Origin: Oopsacas minuta
Lineage: Eukaryota > Animalia > Porifera
Length of the DNA: 64,000 bases
Assembly (NCBI GenBank): GCA_024704765.1
Contig: JAKMXF010000144.1
Span: 310,001 to 374,000 of the forward strand
Direction: 5' to 3'
Shown: positions 26,301 to 37,722 of the stretch, piece by piece
Numbering within the stretch: position 1 is the first letter of the stretch
Layout: each line of letters begins with the position of its first letter
Notes under the pieces: generated by a model
Seen by the model: the letters and a program-made list of their open reading frames with translations, nothing else
The model's database searches: none
What the model was told of the DNA's origin: nothing
Translations under genes and position numbers: made by a program

Positions 26301-28203
26301 CTAAAGTTTGAAGTTTTCTAAATTCTAAAATGGAAATTCTACATTTTACTTATGAACATATTCAATTACAGATCCACCCGAATTACTTAACTGCATTCCA
26401 GAACTATTCCTCACAGAATCATTACAATCTATCTCCAGGGGCGTTTGGTAATATCAGTGAGGTACAATCCAACTTGAATGGTAAGCAAATTTATTCTTAT
26501 ATATTTGCAGATCATCTCTGTGTATTTTTAATATTTACTAAATAGTTTCGGATTATTAAGAAGATCTATAAACTCGTTCGCATACTTGTGTACTAATTCT
26601 CTCTGCCTGTTTATTATACTCATCAGCTATTCCTGTATACAGATAGCATTGTCAGACAGATGGCGTATAATCTAATATTGATAAGATTAATGAGGTCTAG
26701 GAAATGTGGATTGTTTGGCTTGCTAAGTAAATCAATTTCTTAACTAGGAAATGATGATGATTGCATAGCTGAATGGAAGAGGGATTTAATTTTGAAAGAG
26801 AAGAGAATTCTAAAAGATAAATTTGGAGATAATTATGTTAATATTGTAACTGAAAGTTATCCAATTATACAACCTCCTCAATTTCAATGTGACCCAGAGG
26901 AGATCGAAAATATGTTCCCTGCTCCCCCTTACCCCCAGTCACCCTCTGAATTTCATTCAATACAGACAAACGGGGACTCTACGGAGGACATAAGCACTGT
27001 ACAGAGGTGTGAAGAGGATCAGACCCCACTCCCTGATAGAATATCATATCCCTCCCTCAATTCATCTGATGAAGACTCTGTTCCTATCAATATCAACCAA
27101 CAAATCAAAAGTAGGACTTATTGAAATATTATATGTATTAATTTAGCTCAATCTTAAATCACTCCTATTTATAGATGAGCACATCCTTCCTGGCTTTATA
27201 TCACGAATGAAAGACCGGAATAGTCCTCAGATGATCTCACAGGACTGGGTTATCCCTCCCTCAGAAGCTGGATACATCTCCCCTATACCGATACCTATGA
27301 CCTATTATGATATACAAGCACAAACTTCAACATTATTTCAAGAAGATATTCCATCTTTACAGCAACAAACTATCAGATATGATAACACTCAATTCGTGGT
27401 TAAGGATAAGCCAATTCATCGTACACAGACAGAACTTGTACCTAGATCTGATAGAGCAATACTGTACCCTCCAGTAGAGCATCCCCCCACTCATCAGTTA
27501 CCTACAGGCCCCATGATCAAGCCACCCTCCTACGACACTACACCACCCAGAGAGATCAAGAGGCCCCCTGGTGACACCTCTGGCCTCAACTCTACCCCCT
27601 CTCCTTACAAACCAGCAAACAGAGAAATATCCTATCCTCCAGGACTGGAATCTAGTGTATCGCCTAAGAAGCAAGTGATTTATCCTCCTAGTTCTACCAA
27701 GAAGATCTGCTACCCACCCAGTAAAGAGATTCTTAGACCACCTGTATCTCTCAATAAGACTTGTGTCTCTAATTCTAATAACGATATCAGTTACTCAGCG
27801 GAGAGAGAAATCCTCTATCCTCACTCCTGGACAGAGGCCCCTCCCTCCTCTCCTAGCTCCTCTCCTTTTTGGGAAATACATTATCCTCCTAAATCAGCTG
27901 TTCCACAACCAGATGAGAATAAGATAGAGGATATCCCAGAGATTCCCCGGGAGATTTCGACGATAGATGGAGACATAACTCCACCGATTGTTGACAGCTC
28001 GGGAGAAGAGGATAATTCACAGGTAGCAGCAATTCCCCGTGAGAGCACACCCAAGAAACAGCCTCTCCCCTCACAGAAGGACGATAAAATAGAGTAAGTC
28101 CCACTTTTTCTAATTCCATCTGGGACTATTTCAATTTATTCCTCCTTCCTCTAGCTCAGAAACTGAGAATTGTGGATTTGAAACTCCTACTGAGGTAGAC
28201 TAA
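17305..28203 (+). CDS. Multi-exon Pro/Ser-rich disordered protein with FFAT motif (host gene model spanning ADCY10)
   Basis: Proposed exons 17305/17362-17937, 25353-25451, 25638-26041, 26372-26480, 26748-27110, 27175-28093, 28155-28203. All junctions GT-AG and phase-compatible (0,1,0,1,1,2). The 17937->25353 junction is inferred. Confidence 0.6.
19256..24721 (+). CDS. ADCY10: Soluble adenylyl cyclase (two cyclase domains, P-loop NTPase, helical C-terminus); single coding exon
   Basis: 1829-codon ORF, first ATG 19256. MFIDVSGFT, KFAGDA, NKIFMFDKGC, GQAFCGVVG, KVNMAARLM; Walker A GDTGIGKT. Confidence 0.95.
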   Translation: MTSYLIDESLGQRVPLILPNEDEEVFIATAPIVKVVPISSRTGEDIPRNLHKYSDSHLFSSNSDLSLEEKTQQHFNTLQQLLTHVPNRVIKLTQNHYANKLPITLSSNHAVFMFIDVSGFTALCEKYCSDITAGKRGIDALTNILNQYLGKLVQHIIESNGDVLKFAGDAVLAMWPCNVSEAYEVLMWVTKTALLLQTKHDNFQADEESILRVKVAISVGEYSTHIFGCNTLLQFAVCGAAVASVNRAQNVATSGSVILSPEAWSICNPADLDYTNVSGGFYHVTAVHLTFDPQWMQNYLQTNSEDPPLMHNIFLSMLKNETDRQSRNQKKNKKIKTDVCNEADAKRGKRMSAVENIKNGFRRLSTFQFRNNNIRVMKDTDLNKATSSFNDSMSQRSAHASSTDTISREISRLSSIGGSISRNSSKSNLKLYRNRKSTVNNILQEQLSISKQLTPNMLDTIKKFLPEAVRSKIESGQSLEWMSELRTISVLFINLDVCIQKLTDEKINLIQEALVYVQEIMNAFDGVVNKIFMFDKGCTILALFGLPHAKHEDDSTRALQASSKIYSHLSLHLKVHTSIGITTGQAFCGVVGHNLRHEYTAISAKVNMAARLMMNFRDKITCDHSTKLRSGVTEANFSEVPAIPLKGIEKPEQIYTFSIRDNSQLEHYAIHCETYNTHDNNGCRELIGREEEMDILLGMLNQITLDENPESHILIITGDTGIGKTLLLKSMKHLARVRSFRVLSCRAGLMEMSSHYHTVRILIERLLQLETCYSLHEREQAILTQFQDACDDDILEYLPLLNDLLMLKYTQTDRVSHLTADQRHTHLHRLLFNIVEQETSNQSCVFVVDDAHYMDNNSWEFLQDLSNHQKVILILAMKELTSSKYQEHLRTIVKCKNARVCYLKGLDHECILELATRLLNVDTLGEDFARFLKERLGTHGNPMWCKEALDTMLNLGLFHIEPVTKQKCSSMEAGSVFSKDFRSDLKATTSYEYRSSTMTARRQSKIQFAAHVNTDAINLPLPESLNDLILARLDKLSASSQLVLKSAAIVGTAFSKSILKRITPNNIKDTTLDQAIEKLIQAGMIECAYASAFLSSTTKNLAKYSQLCSCIQHLAYRDQMQSHSLLNLHTHDHTHDHIYYKCDMLKFTHNYIQEIVYELWTSNQKRLLHETGAKCLESEAHKCSNCGGGAFFNGIHQLETALNELKEEDATNTFDDDFVDNSTIANHRQINKRKRTSSAYMRNGRYGLTLTSNKNSSHNLHSPIQRDSTSTIDLSHCTCSEVLATVYPQLVRHWKAACNYDKIFHYLLEAALASTQVHATLEAQSLLEEAGELIKLGKVKPTLLQQSRFALIKGQSFYNGHHYSEAQLHFLEGLSILNSPLPSSLISFFTSLVKQATPQICSIFNHGYVLQQQQLSQREKHLLNERLAFLSFLINTYYFTNQRYRMLYTTLTMLNQAQSSRINNKALLDSYRMMLKCCELFNFQRGIAHYQSQTALAITLCETSGNDNITELIAYIELISTLVNEQLYSGNLSSAKNYAKRAIRLSHSINALDLLLDILPLWCYIQLHSLELSDVQSTLEELKVCAFDSDDLQQQALYFSYCFDIILETGISEGFIDVLECESYARTCTSHDVFHFNNEERFFLLSCLTLWYARKEIEMDAKIHFAITLKILPNKIESFFAAKGLVRFTECALILWARDRCYERRKLALNALDQLTQACHTFTVLKPRMLLLKSYFNVIKRGSRSKSQKLMSEAKREANNLNSDLEILWIQHQIDFWSKSYGGNVIEVFSDTKLWQESRYDRMRLEIYSLQRERKSRKPNS
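24816..25000. mobile_element. MITE family E, CpG-rich, CAGGGTT termini
   Basis: TIRs CAGGGTTCCATCCA / TGAATAAAACCCTG; flanks GATTTACACC and TAATTACACC (8/10 identical). Confidence 0.55.
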
Positions 28204-28546
28204 GCAGCTATCAGCTTTAATTTAATATTTCATACTATTTTCGTATGTCATGTTCTCTCTCTCTCTTGTTTATTTGTTTTTGCACATGCACTTTATTAAT
28301 TCCTATAATAATATGATATACTAATTCCCGGGAAGAGAATGTTTACAAGTTCGATGTCATTTTATACCCAAAATATTGGTGATGTGAATATAGATTGCTC
28401 AAACAGCTGTTCAATACATCTACGTATGCTATTCAATGATTGTGGTATTTAGTTAACAAAGTGTTGGGTTTGTCTGTAACAAAATTAATTGTTATTAAGA
28501 TTCACGAATTTACCATTTGAATGTAGTTTTGCAAGTTCTTATAGAG

Positions 28547-29332
28547 ATGCCATACGTCAAGGTACTGCAATCAATCGAGCATCAATTCGATTTCATTGGT
28601 ACTTTCGAATTCACCAAGGTATACTGGTGGACCTCATTTATCCTGTCCTTTGTGTATCTTGCGATTATATACTTCGGGACAATGTACATGAAAAACAGAC
28701 CCCCTTTTGAGTTGAGACGTGTCCTATATTGTTGGAATCTTTTCCTAGCAGTTTTCAGTATAATTGGAGCGATAAAAACTACTCCACGTATAGTGGAAAT
28801 AGCCCTGAACACTGGCTATATTTCTTCTGTCTGTTTTACAGACGGCCATATCCATCCAGAGGTCGCTCTCTGGTCTTATCTATTCGTCTTCTCGAAGGTA
28901 TGGGAATTCATGGACACGGTCTTCCTCGTATTACGTAAGCGAGAAGTTATATTCCTTCACTGGTACCACCACATAACTGTACTGATATTTACTTGTTACT
29001 TATTCAAAGATGAGATTGCTCTTGGTCACTATTTTGGAGTTATGAACTACTGGGTACATACTTGTATGTATTCTTACTACGCGTATTGTGCTTCTGGCAG
29101 GAGACTTCCTGGGTTTATATCCAAGTTAGTAACACGCTTACAGCTACTCCAGATGTTTGGTGGCCTCTTCTTCACCTTCTCATCTTATTACGGACTTAAA
29201 TCTGGGATATATCCAAACTGTATGTTCAATGATCGTGCTTTCTGGGTTGCAATGGGAATCTACGGGAGTTACGCGGTTCTGTTCGCGAATTTTTACATCC
29301 AACGATACTTGTCCAAATCTAAGAAAGAATAA
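28547..29332 (+). CDS. ELOVL6: Fatty acid elongase, ELOVL3/6 type; single exon
   Basis: SKVWEFMDTVFLVLRK, FLHWYHH histidine box, MNYWVHTCMYSYY, C-terminal KSKKE ER-retrieval signal. Confidence 0.88.
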   Translation: MPYVKVLQSIEHQFDFIGTFEFTKVYWWTSFILSFVYLAIIYFGTMYMKNRPPFELRRVLYCWNLFLAVFSIIGAIKTTPRIVEIALNTGYISSVCFTDGHIHPEVALWSYLFVFSKVWEFMDTVFLVLRKREVIFLHWYHHITVLIFTCYLFKDEIALGHYFGVMNYWVHTCMYSYYAYCASGRRLPGFISKLVTRLQLLQMFGGLFFTFSSYYGLKSGIYPNCMFNDRAFWVAMGIYGSYAVLFANFYIQRYLSKSKKE

Positions 29333-29658
29333 TTTCTAGTTTGTGTGTTTGGTTATCTAAGTAGACTGCATTTCGAATTTTTAGAAATAGGAACTATTTG
29401 TAATAATTCTTGTATTTATCTATCAAATCTAATTTTATAAGATGTATGGTAGTGTTGTTGTCATAACTTTATTTTGGAATATTATGGATTGTAGTAGAGT
29501 GGGGAATGTCCAGATTTCTATCACCGAAGCGTGAGCAGTCGATCGAGACGAGCAAGAGTTTATAATATTTGAATTGGAATATCTGCCATAACTCAAAGTC
29601 GAAAACGACATTTACGCTCTTTCTGTAATGTAATTAACATTAGCGTTTGACTTTTACA

Positions 29659-29934
29659 ATGGCAACTGTAACAATGAATCCCAAACCTTTCCTAAAGGGA
29701 CTGACAGGTAAACCAGTAGCTGTCAAGCTAAAATGGGGTATGGAGTATAGGGGGTACTTGGTCTCTACTGACGGTTATATGAACCTACAGCTAGCTAGCA
29801 CTGAGGAATGGGTAGGTGATAAGATGGCGGGTATGTTGGGAGAAGTGCTCATCCGCTGTAACAATGTGTTATACATACGAGGCCTGGAAGAGGATGAAGA
29901 GGATAAGGATCATACTATGGATATCAAGAACTAA
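29659..29934 (+). CDS. SNRPF: Small nuclear ribonucleoprotein F (SmF)
   Basis: [39 protein letters not shown]...[14 protein letters not shown]. Confidence 0.96.
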   Translation: MATVTMNPKPFLKGLTGKPVAVKLKWGMEYRGYLVSTDGYMNLQLASTEEWVGDKMAGMLGEVLIRCNNVLYIRGLEEDEEDKDHTMDIKN

Positions 29935-30339
29935 TTATAATTGCATTTCTTCTAGTTTTGAAATATTTCCTTTGTAATCTGTGAATCTGAACTCCCGAGC
30001 TCTTACATCAGCTCGAGGCCACGAGGTCATTTGCAAATTACTCGCTACTCCGTAATTATCCATCTCAACAGCATATGGTGTTGAGATGATATTAATATAG
30101 TCCTGTGTTTCATTTCCTACCACCGTTATCAAACCGCTAACCAATTCTCTGGCTAGCAATTAATCTCCATAGTTACTAATTCAAGTTTCATTTTCAATGA
30201 AATATGGAGAATATTATCCTCCACACAACCTACACAATTGTAATAAGATATAAACTAAGGAGCTGTTCCATAGTATGCACTCGTTAGAAGACATATATTT
30301 ACTGCTACAACAGTCCCCTGCCAACTATTTGTGTTTGAG

Positions 30340-33300
30340 ATGAAGTTTACATTAATATTTTTCATTTTGGTGTTGGTTATACATTCAGGTTATCCATCTG
30401 GTATTTGTGATGAGGAATATTGTCTGCCTCAAAACGGTGATTTGTCAGTAGGGAGAGTACTCCAGGTCGAAGGCTCCTGTGAGATTTCTCTCTTATGTAC
30501 AAGTGATGATTCTTATCTTAACGACAGAAATGCTAGTACGGACTGGGTTTCTGAGCCAGGAATGCAGAATGCTACTATCCAGGTAAGCTTCTTGTTCAGT
30601 AAGTTTAGTTTAATATGAATAGAGTAAGCTCCCGTTATATCGAACACGGATATATCGAGGTCTGTAATTGTACAAATATGATCCCAAACCAAAGTATAAC
30701 ATATTTCATCGGGTACATCGGATTAATTATCGCGGTTCCTTGAGCTTCGATATAATGGGAGTTGACTGCAATTTTAAACTGAATATTTGTAGCTCAACCT
30801 AGAGACTAATTTCAGATTTGTTGGAGTTAGAATCAGCTTCACGTCATTCCTCCCAGCTGCTGTTGTATTAGAAGTGTCAAGTGACAATGCAAACAGCTGG
30901 AGAGCTGTACAATACTATTCTACAGATTGTCCTTGGTATTTCCAAATGAATGATCAATCACCTAACAACAGGAAGGAGATTACAGATGTAATATGTACTC
31001 CTGCATTTACTAGTATGTGATAAATACTAATATTATTAATTGTAATGTTTATATTTATATTTGTAGAAAATAATCAAGCAATAGGAGATCTCCTTTTCGA
31101 TCTGATCCTCCCACATCACTTCCCTGTCTGGGCAACAGACCCTTTACACATGTCTCTACCAGAATCAGTATTGACCATAACTAATCTGAGACTTCGTCTG
31201 CTCGCCTTACAGCCAATACAATCACTAGCACCTATCAGCTATGAAATTCATAGTTTTGAAGTATACGGTGCTTGTCACTGTTTCGGACACGCTAGTACTT
31301 GTGTAGCTTTAGAGGGTTATGAAGATGCTCTTGTTCCTGGTCTATGTGAGTGTAGACATAATACAGGGGGAGACCACTGTGAGGTGTGTCCGCAGGGGTA
31401 CAATAGGAGGAGATGGGGACCCGCTACTCCTGATTACACCGCGTTCTGTGAACGTTGTTCTTGTAACTCTCATTCAGATAAGTGTCATTATGAAACCGAC
31501 AGAGAGACACAGGTATATAATTCATAATACCCGATTCAATTACTAACTAAATATGAGCTTTAACTAATATTATTAACTAATCTCATCTAAACTGAGTATT
31601 AATATTATACTACTGTAATCTGTAGTTTAATGAACCTCAAGATTACATCGTTAGGAGTTTAATTATTTTCAGAATTATCGGTTTGTGAGTATTAAGTTAC
31701 TATCTGCATTCCTGTCATGCTTTCTATCTTATTTGTACATTTATTAGTAGGAATTAGGGAGGTACAGCATAGCGGGTACCAGAGGGATTTGATAATTTCT
31801 TAATTGATCGGCAGATGTTCATTTTAAGGCAATTATTCACATATTAGGTTGTGATTAACCGCTAATCAGTATTGAACTTAGTTCTCATTATTCGGAGGTT
31901 TATAAATCTATATACATTAATTTTAGGAATCTTTTGTCAATTATTAACCACTAACTATGATATAATTACCCAATGTTTAGGTATGTGACGATTGCTTGGA
32001 TAATACAACAGGAGATAGCTGTGAGCTCTGTGAGACAGGATTCTTTCAGAACCCGGTGTATTTATCTAAGGGATTGTTATTCCATCCTGAAATATGTACA
32101 GATTGTGAATGTGATGCTGGTGGCTCTACCAGTTTACAATGTAACCCAATCGGTGAATGTCCTTGCAAGAGTAACGTAATGGGAGCTCAGTGTAACAAAT
32201 GTAAGCCAGGGTTCTTCGGTTTAGGTCCTGATGGTTGTCAGCCCTGTGTCTGTGAAAATGGTGCTATGGGGTGTGATCCTATAACAGGAAAGTGTCTCTG
32301 TAAGAAGTATGCTGATGGTCAGTTATGTCAGACCTGCGTTAACGGGTATTACGGTCCCTTCCTAGAGGACAGGTTTGGGTGTAGGTTCTGTGGATGTACC
32401 CCTGGTACTACTTTGTTACCCAGGAAGTGTGATCCAGACACTGGTATATGTCTCTGTAGGGAAGGAGTAGAAGGCGAGACCTGTTCTCTTGTAACCGACG
32501 GTTACTATGTAGAAGAGATTACGCAATATGACGTAGATAACAAAGTACAGCCTATGTGTAATAGAGGAGATCAGGTAGCTTGTGATTTAACTGGTATTTG
32601 GTTTGATGAAAGTACACAAGTTAAGAGGTAAGACCATTAATATTCTTATCTCGTATCCACGATAATTAATTCGATATTACCGATGGAATATACGTTACTT
32701 TGACGGTTTGTGACCATATTTGTACAATTTTAGAAGTCGACATAAGCGGGTATTTTGATATATCCATGTATAACCGGAGTTGACTGTATCTATACTTTTA
32801 GGTGTCAGGAAGATATTTCTGGAGAGAAATGCTGCAGTTACTCTCAGAAGATTATTTCTATTTTTCTAAACAACGGGGGGTTGACTTGCAGTTGCCACCC
32901 TAACGGATCTGAATCCATTGCTCTATGCGATAAGTGTGGCGGTCAGTGTGATTGTAAGAGCTATACAACTGGTAGAGATTGTAGTCAGTGTTCTGGGATA
33001 GAAGAAGTGTGTAAAATGTGTCCCAGAGCTACACCCATGATTGGTGACTGTATCAACTGTTTCTGTAACGGATTCTCTCAGGAATGCACCGTTGCCAGTG
33101 GCTGGTCCCAACAGCTGACTTCCATTGATCTCCTGTCTCAGGATTGGATAAGGGATCTTGCTGGACAAATTCAGGTATGCTAACTTCATAAAATTCTATT
33201 TCTCTGTTTCTGGTCATGTGACCCGATTAACTGTATTCGTATTTCTGAATTGTCTATATTTCTAGATAGTAGATGGCTATAATCCATTTCTTAACATGAC

Positions 33301-35914
33301 AGAATCTCACATAATTTACAAACTTGACAGCAATGAGGCTATAATATCTATAACATTCCCTACTCAATATCTAGGCAACAGGAGACATACCTATTCATCA
33401 CTACTATCTCTAAGTATGAGTTTAAACTTTAACCCTGACACTGTATCCATTCTAGTCGGGAGCAGTGACTCTACAATCCTTACCAAAAACATCAGCAATT
33501 CATTCACTTCTCTTCTCCCTAGTTTTAGTCTTAATCTTGTCGAGGAAGGATTTTTCATAAATTCCCAACAAGCTTCAGAATTCGACCTGAGGAGACTGCT
33601 ATCTGAGCTATCTACCTTACAGCTGATATTTGATACTACGAGTAGTTTAGGTGTTGACGACAGGTTCATAAGTCTGTTCATGGCAGATCTGTGGGATTCT
33701 GTGATAGATAACACAGGAGAGGTGGCAGGAAATGTGGAGGTCTGTGATTGTCCTGATGGATTAATGGGACAATTCTGTGAGATGTGTTCCCCTGGTAATA
33801 CTCGGTTCCCTAATAACGGGGGACAGTTCGCACCCTGTCAGCCATGTTTCTGTTTCGGACACTCCACCAGCTGTGATCCAGAGGAAGGTACTTGTGTAGA
33901 CTGTCAGCAGAATACACAAGGAAGGTTCTGTGACGAGTGTAGAGAGGGGTTTTACGGAGACCCTAGTTCCTCTCTCGGTTGTCTCCCCTGTATGTGTCCA
34001 ACTGGCCCATCCTCTCCCTTCCAAGTGTCCAACTCTTGTGTAGCTATTAACCCCACACAACCAGAGGCTGGACACCAATGCAGCTGTCCCACTAGATACG
34101 AAGGACTGAACTGTGAGAATTGTGCAGAGGGACACAGAGGAGACCCTGTTAATGGAGTAGCATGTGAGAGATGTGACGTATGTTATGATCAATACATAGA
34201 ACTAACGGATGTTATACCAACAGAGATAGCAGTATTAGAAGAATTCGTACAATCCTGTCAGGACTGGCAAGATGGATTCGATTTCTTTGACAGATTACAA
34301 GCAAATATAACTCAACTAAGACAGCTGATTTCTCAAGATAAATTATCTAACAGTTCTACTGTCTGTCAGATTAAAGAATCGTTACTCGAAACTCGCGAAT
34401 TGTTGGATGAAATATCTCAAATTTTGATTACAATTCAATCACTGGACTTCTCTGAAACTGTACAAGGCACACAGCAACTGATCGAATTCGCTACATTTAC
34501 ATTCCAATCCAGTCTTCAAAATATTTCTCTTAATAACTTCATAGGCCCGCTGCTTAATAGCGATTTCCTAGATAATCCGTTTACTCAGTTCAATCAGTCC
34601 ATCGCTCTTCTTAGCACTAGCAATACATTCTACCAGACAGCTATACAATTACAAGCGGTTATATTTAGAGTAGATGCATTAATTGGTAGAATTATACAGC
34701 TGTATCTGTCTATCGATCTTACAAGGTTTCCTAATCAGCTGGAAGTGCTAGAGGAATATAATAATGTTATTTCTGAGGTGTCAATAACCGCACGTGCTTC
34801 TCTATGTGGTGATAGTCAAGAATGTGAAGATGGTACGTTCCAACGTCTCTTTGTGGTTGCTAACCTATTCCAGTCACATATCACGAACTTAACTGAACGC
34901 AGAAGTAACCTGTTAGAACCTCTAAATGCTCTCATCACTAACAGGTCTAATTTTGAGGATTTACTGACTCGACTGAATGACGTAAGAGGTATTCTAATCC
35001 CTCTTAACACTACTGTCTGTGAATTGGTACCACTGGTATATGACAGTATCACTCGTGTTAATATTAGTATAGAGCAATCAGCTAATGTTAGCGAACTGAG
35101 TCGAGTATCCTCAGAGATCCTACAACTGTCAATATCTCTAACGGTTGAAGAGGTGATGGAAATAGTTGTATTCATAAACATCACGTTTGCGGAGGTGATA
35201 GCTAATAATGCGTATTTGAGTCAAGGAGCTATTCGCTTGCAGTTGCCCGAACAATTCCTTAGGGATCTTATCAATCATTATGATCTTTTGGATGGGTCAT
35301 ACACTGAGTTACTTGCTCTCTCTCCCTTCGTTACTACAGATAATCTATCGGGTAGGACACAGATAGAAGAGCTCCAGCTGCTTAGAAATCATGTAGCTGA
35401 CCTCAGTGCTATCGTAGAGCAGATCATTATAGATATAACTATGATATCTGAGCAATCATCTATCATAACTGTACAAGTTGACAATGTTACGAATATTGTA
35501 GAAGAGACCCTTACACTGAGAGAAGAGAATCAAAAGAGATTGGTTGATATCAACGAGAGAGCGATTGAAGTGACGAGAGATATTGAAACCCTTGCTGATA
35601 AGGCAACGTCTCTCACCACCCAGGGAGCTGAAATAGTAGAACAGACACGTAATATTGGCAATACAGTTATTGGGAGGTTCAATAGACTGAATGAGAGTTA
35701 TCCACGTCTCCAAGCTTTGAGGGCTACGCTAGAAATACAAATATTAAAAGTTAGAGAGCTTGAAGCCCTTGCAGATAGCATAACCATGAGACAAGATGCG
35801 TTAGAAACTCTACTGATGACAACTGAAGAACATTTAGACGTTCACGTCCTATCCGGACAGCTACAGGAAATTGATGCTACAGGGAAATGTCTTAAATACA
35901 TCGGAGAGACTTAG
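30340..35914 (+). CDS. Laminin beta/gamma-like chain (signal peptide, LN, LE repeats, L4, LE, coiled coil)
   Basis: Exons 30340-30582, 30793-31012, 31067-31512, 31981-32627, 32802-33174, 33266-35914, phases consistent. LN motif FLPAAVVLEVSSDNANSWRAVQYYSTDC; 8-Cys LE repeats; L4 YLGNRRHTYSSLL; long heptad C-terminus. Confidence 0.88.
30622..30768. mobile_element. MITE family A in laminin intron 1
   Basis: Right TIR CTTCGATATAATGGGAGTTGACTG; core TAATTATCGCGGTTCCTTGAGC shared with other copies; left TIR degenerate. Confidence 0.8.
32648..32786. mobile_element. MITE family A (inverted, left end eroded) in laminin intron 4
   Basis: Ends GGAGTTGACTG-TA; contains reverse complements of CCCGCTTAT and CCGTCAAAGTA seen at 46948 and 53705. 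Confidence 0.75.
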
Positions 35915-36099
35915 TATTATTTCTTCTCTCATAATCACTTTATGCTCAACTCCTATCTACATGATTTCTGTAACTATTAATAACTGTAATAGATTATTTT
36001 GTTGTTTATGTATCATATTTTGTTTCCATATTATTATTCAATTATATATTAATAGTGTGTATTCTGAAGTTACTGATTCATATTTAAGTTCTTGTTAGA

Positions 36100-36585
36100 A
36101 TGAAGAAAAGCCTCCGTAAGAAGCAAACATCTGATCGGAATGCAGACTTGTTTCACATACAGAAACCTAAAATAAACAACATTAAAGATGAACTACCGAA
36201 TACACGGATTGCATTTCAAAAGGACTTGAATTTGATTATGAATGAGATACATTGCATGAACATGAAAAGTCTGTTAGGTCAGAAGAGGAGAGATTATATC
36301 AAAGAGAGGGTGAGGGGATTAGGGGGAAAAGAGCCCAAAAGAAAATACATAAACTACAAGGATTATATGGTTCAGCAAAAAGTTAAACGCGAAGAAGAAA
36401 CGAAGAGGAAGGAAGAAGATCGGATTCTTGGAGCTCAAATATTTAAAAAGAAAAATGTCATCAAGGGGAGGGGGAGATGGATTGACGGGAAGGTTAAATT
36501 CGGGCCTAACGTAGGTAGGCTTAAGAGGGGAGTCTTGGAAGTTAGTCAAAAAGATATACACGTAGTCATAAAGAATAAAACTTAA
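36100..36585 (+). CDS. FSAF1: 40S SSU processome assembly factor 1 (C1orf131/DUF4602)
   Basis: ERVRGLGGKEPKRKYINYK and GPNVGRLKRGVLEVSQKDI match the C1orf131 pattern (LGAKPPKKSYVNYK; GQVGKFKNGTLILS..DI). Confidence 0.8.
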   Translation: MKKSLRKKQTSDRNADLFHIQKPKINNIKDELPNTRIAFQKDLNLIMNEIHCMNMKSLLGQKRRDYIKERVRGLGGKEPKRKYINYKDYMVQQKVKREEETKRKEEDRILGAQIFKKKNVIKGRGRWIDGKVKFGPNVGRLKRGVLEVSQKDIHVVIKNKT

Positions 36586-36671
36586 TTGTATTTGTAACAA
36601 ATAAATGCAAGTAAATTGTTATTTTTGTCAAAAATATAATTCCAATATTAGCACATTCCAGTTTGGTTGCT

Positions 36672-37722
36672 ATGGTAGATGAGATAGACGAGCCTGTATG
36701 GCTGAAACAGCTGGAGCATCTGTGTGAGCTAGGTCTACCACAGGCACACTTCCAGATGGGACAGTATCTCTGTGATAATGGAAGTTTCTCTGAGGCATTC
36801 GATTCATTCTCAAAAGGAACAGATCTAGGAAGTAAGGATAGTGAGTATCAGGTCGGAGTAATGCTGTTTGAAGGATTAGGAACTGAACAAAACTCTAAAA
36901 GAGGAATAGAACTTATGAAACGAATAGCAGACACAGCTGACTCCACAACAGATCATCTCCGTCCTAATGCTCAATTCCATATAGGAAAGGCTTACTACGA
37001 GGGCTACGGAGTCTGGCCTGATCACAAAAGGTTAGTAATTAACTCAACTCAAATACAAACTATACATTTATTAATATATTTCCTATAGAGCTGCTGAGTA
37101 TTGGCTATTGGCTTCTGAGGCTGGGAATGTTGAAGCAATGAATATGCTAGGATTTTTCTACACACGACCAGACACATTTGATATTAAGAAAGCATTCCAT
37201 TGGCATAGACTGGCTGCTAGGGGCGGATCAGTTGAGTCATTGTCAGTATTAGGGGTGTTCCTTACAGAAGGACAGGGATCCAGTCGGGACTTGGCCCAGG
37301 CCTTCCGCTGTCTGGAGAGTGCAGCTGATCAGGGAAGTGCGTACGCTAAAGGACAGCTGGTATACGCATACTATATAGGCCAATTTTACCAAAAAACTAA
37401 AGAGAAAGCTTTGGAAATGTTAAAGTTCGTATATTAATAGTTTAATACGTAATGAAATATGTATTCAAATGAATGTATTAGATTTGAAAGTAAGGAAGAA
37501 GTGATAGAAGAAGCAAGGAAATTAAAATTCAGGACACATCTAGCTTGTTCTGGAGTATCTTTAGCATACTTCCTTCTGGCTAGATGTCTGTCGCGGGGTA
37601 TAGCTAAACCAGAGGGAGAATTCGAAAACTTGAGTTCAGAAAAACTCTACTCTAAAGCTCATCACTTTGACAGGGAAATGGCAGCTCAATTGCAAAAGCT
37701 TGTTACACACGGAAAGATATAA
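36672..37722 (+). CDS. LRP2BP: SEL1-like repeat protein, LRP2-binding protein
   Basis: Exons 36672-37030, 37089-37424, 37482-37722. YQVGVMLFEGLGT, FHIGKAYYEGYGV, KAFHWHRLAA, AYFLLARCL, C-terminal ...KLVTHGKI parallel LRP2BP. Confidence 0.85.
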
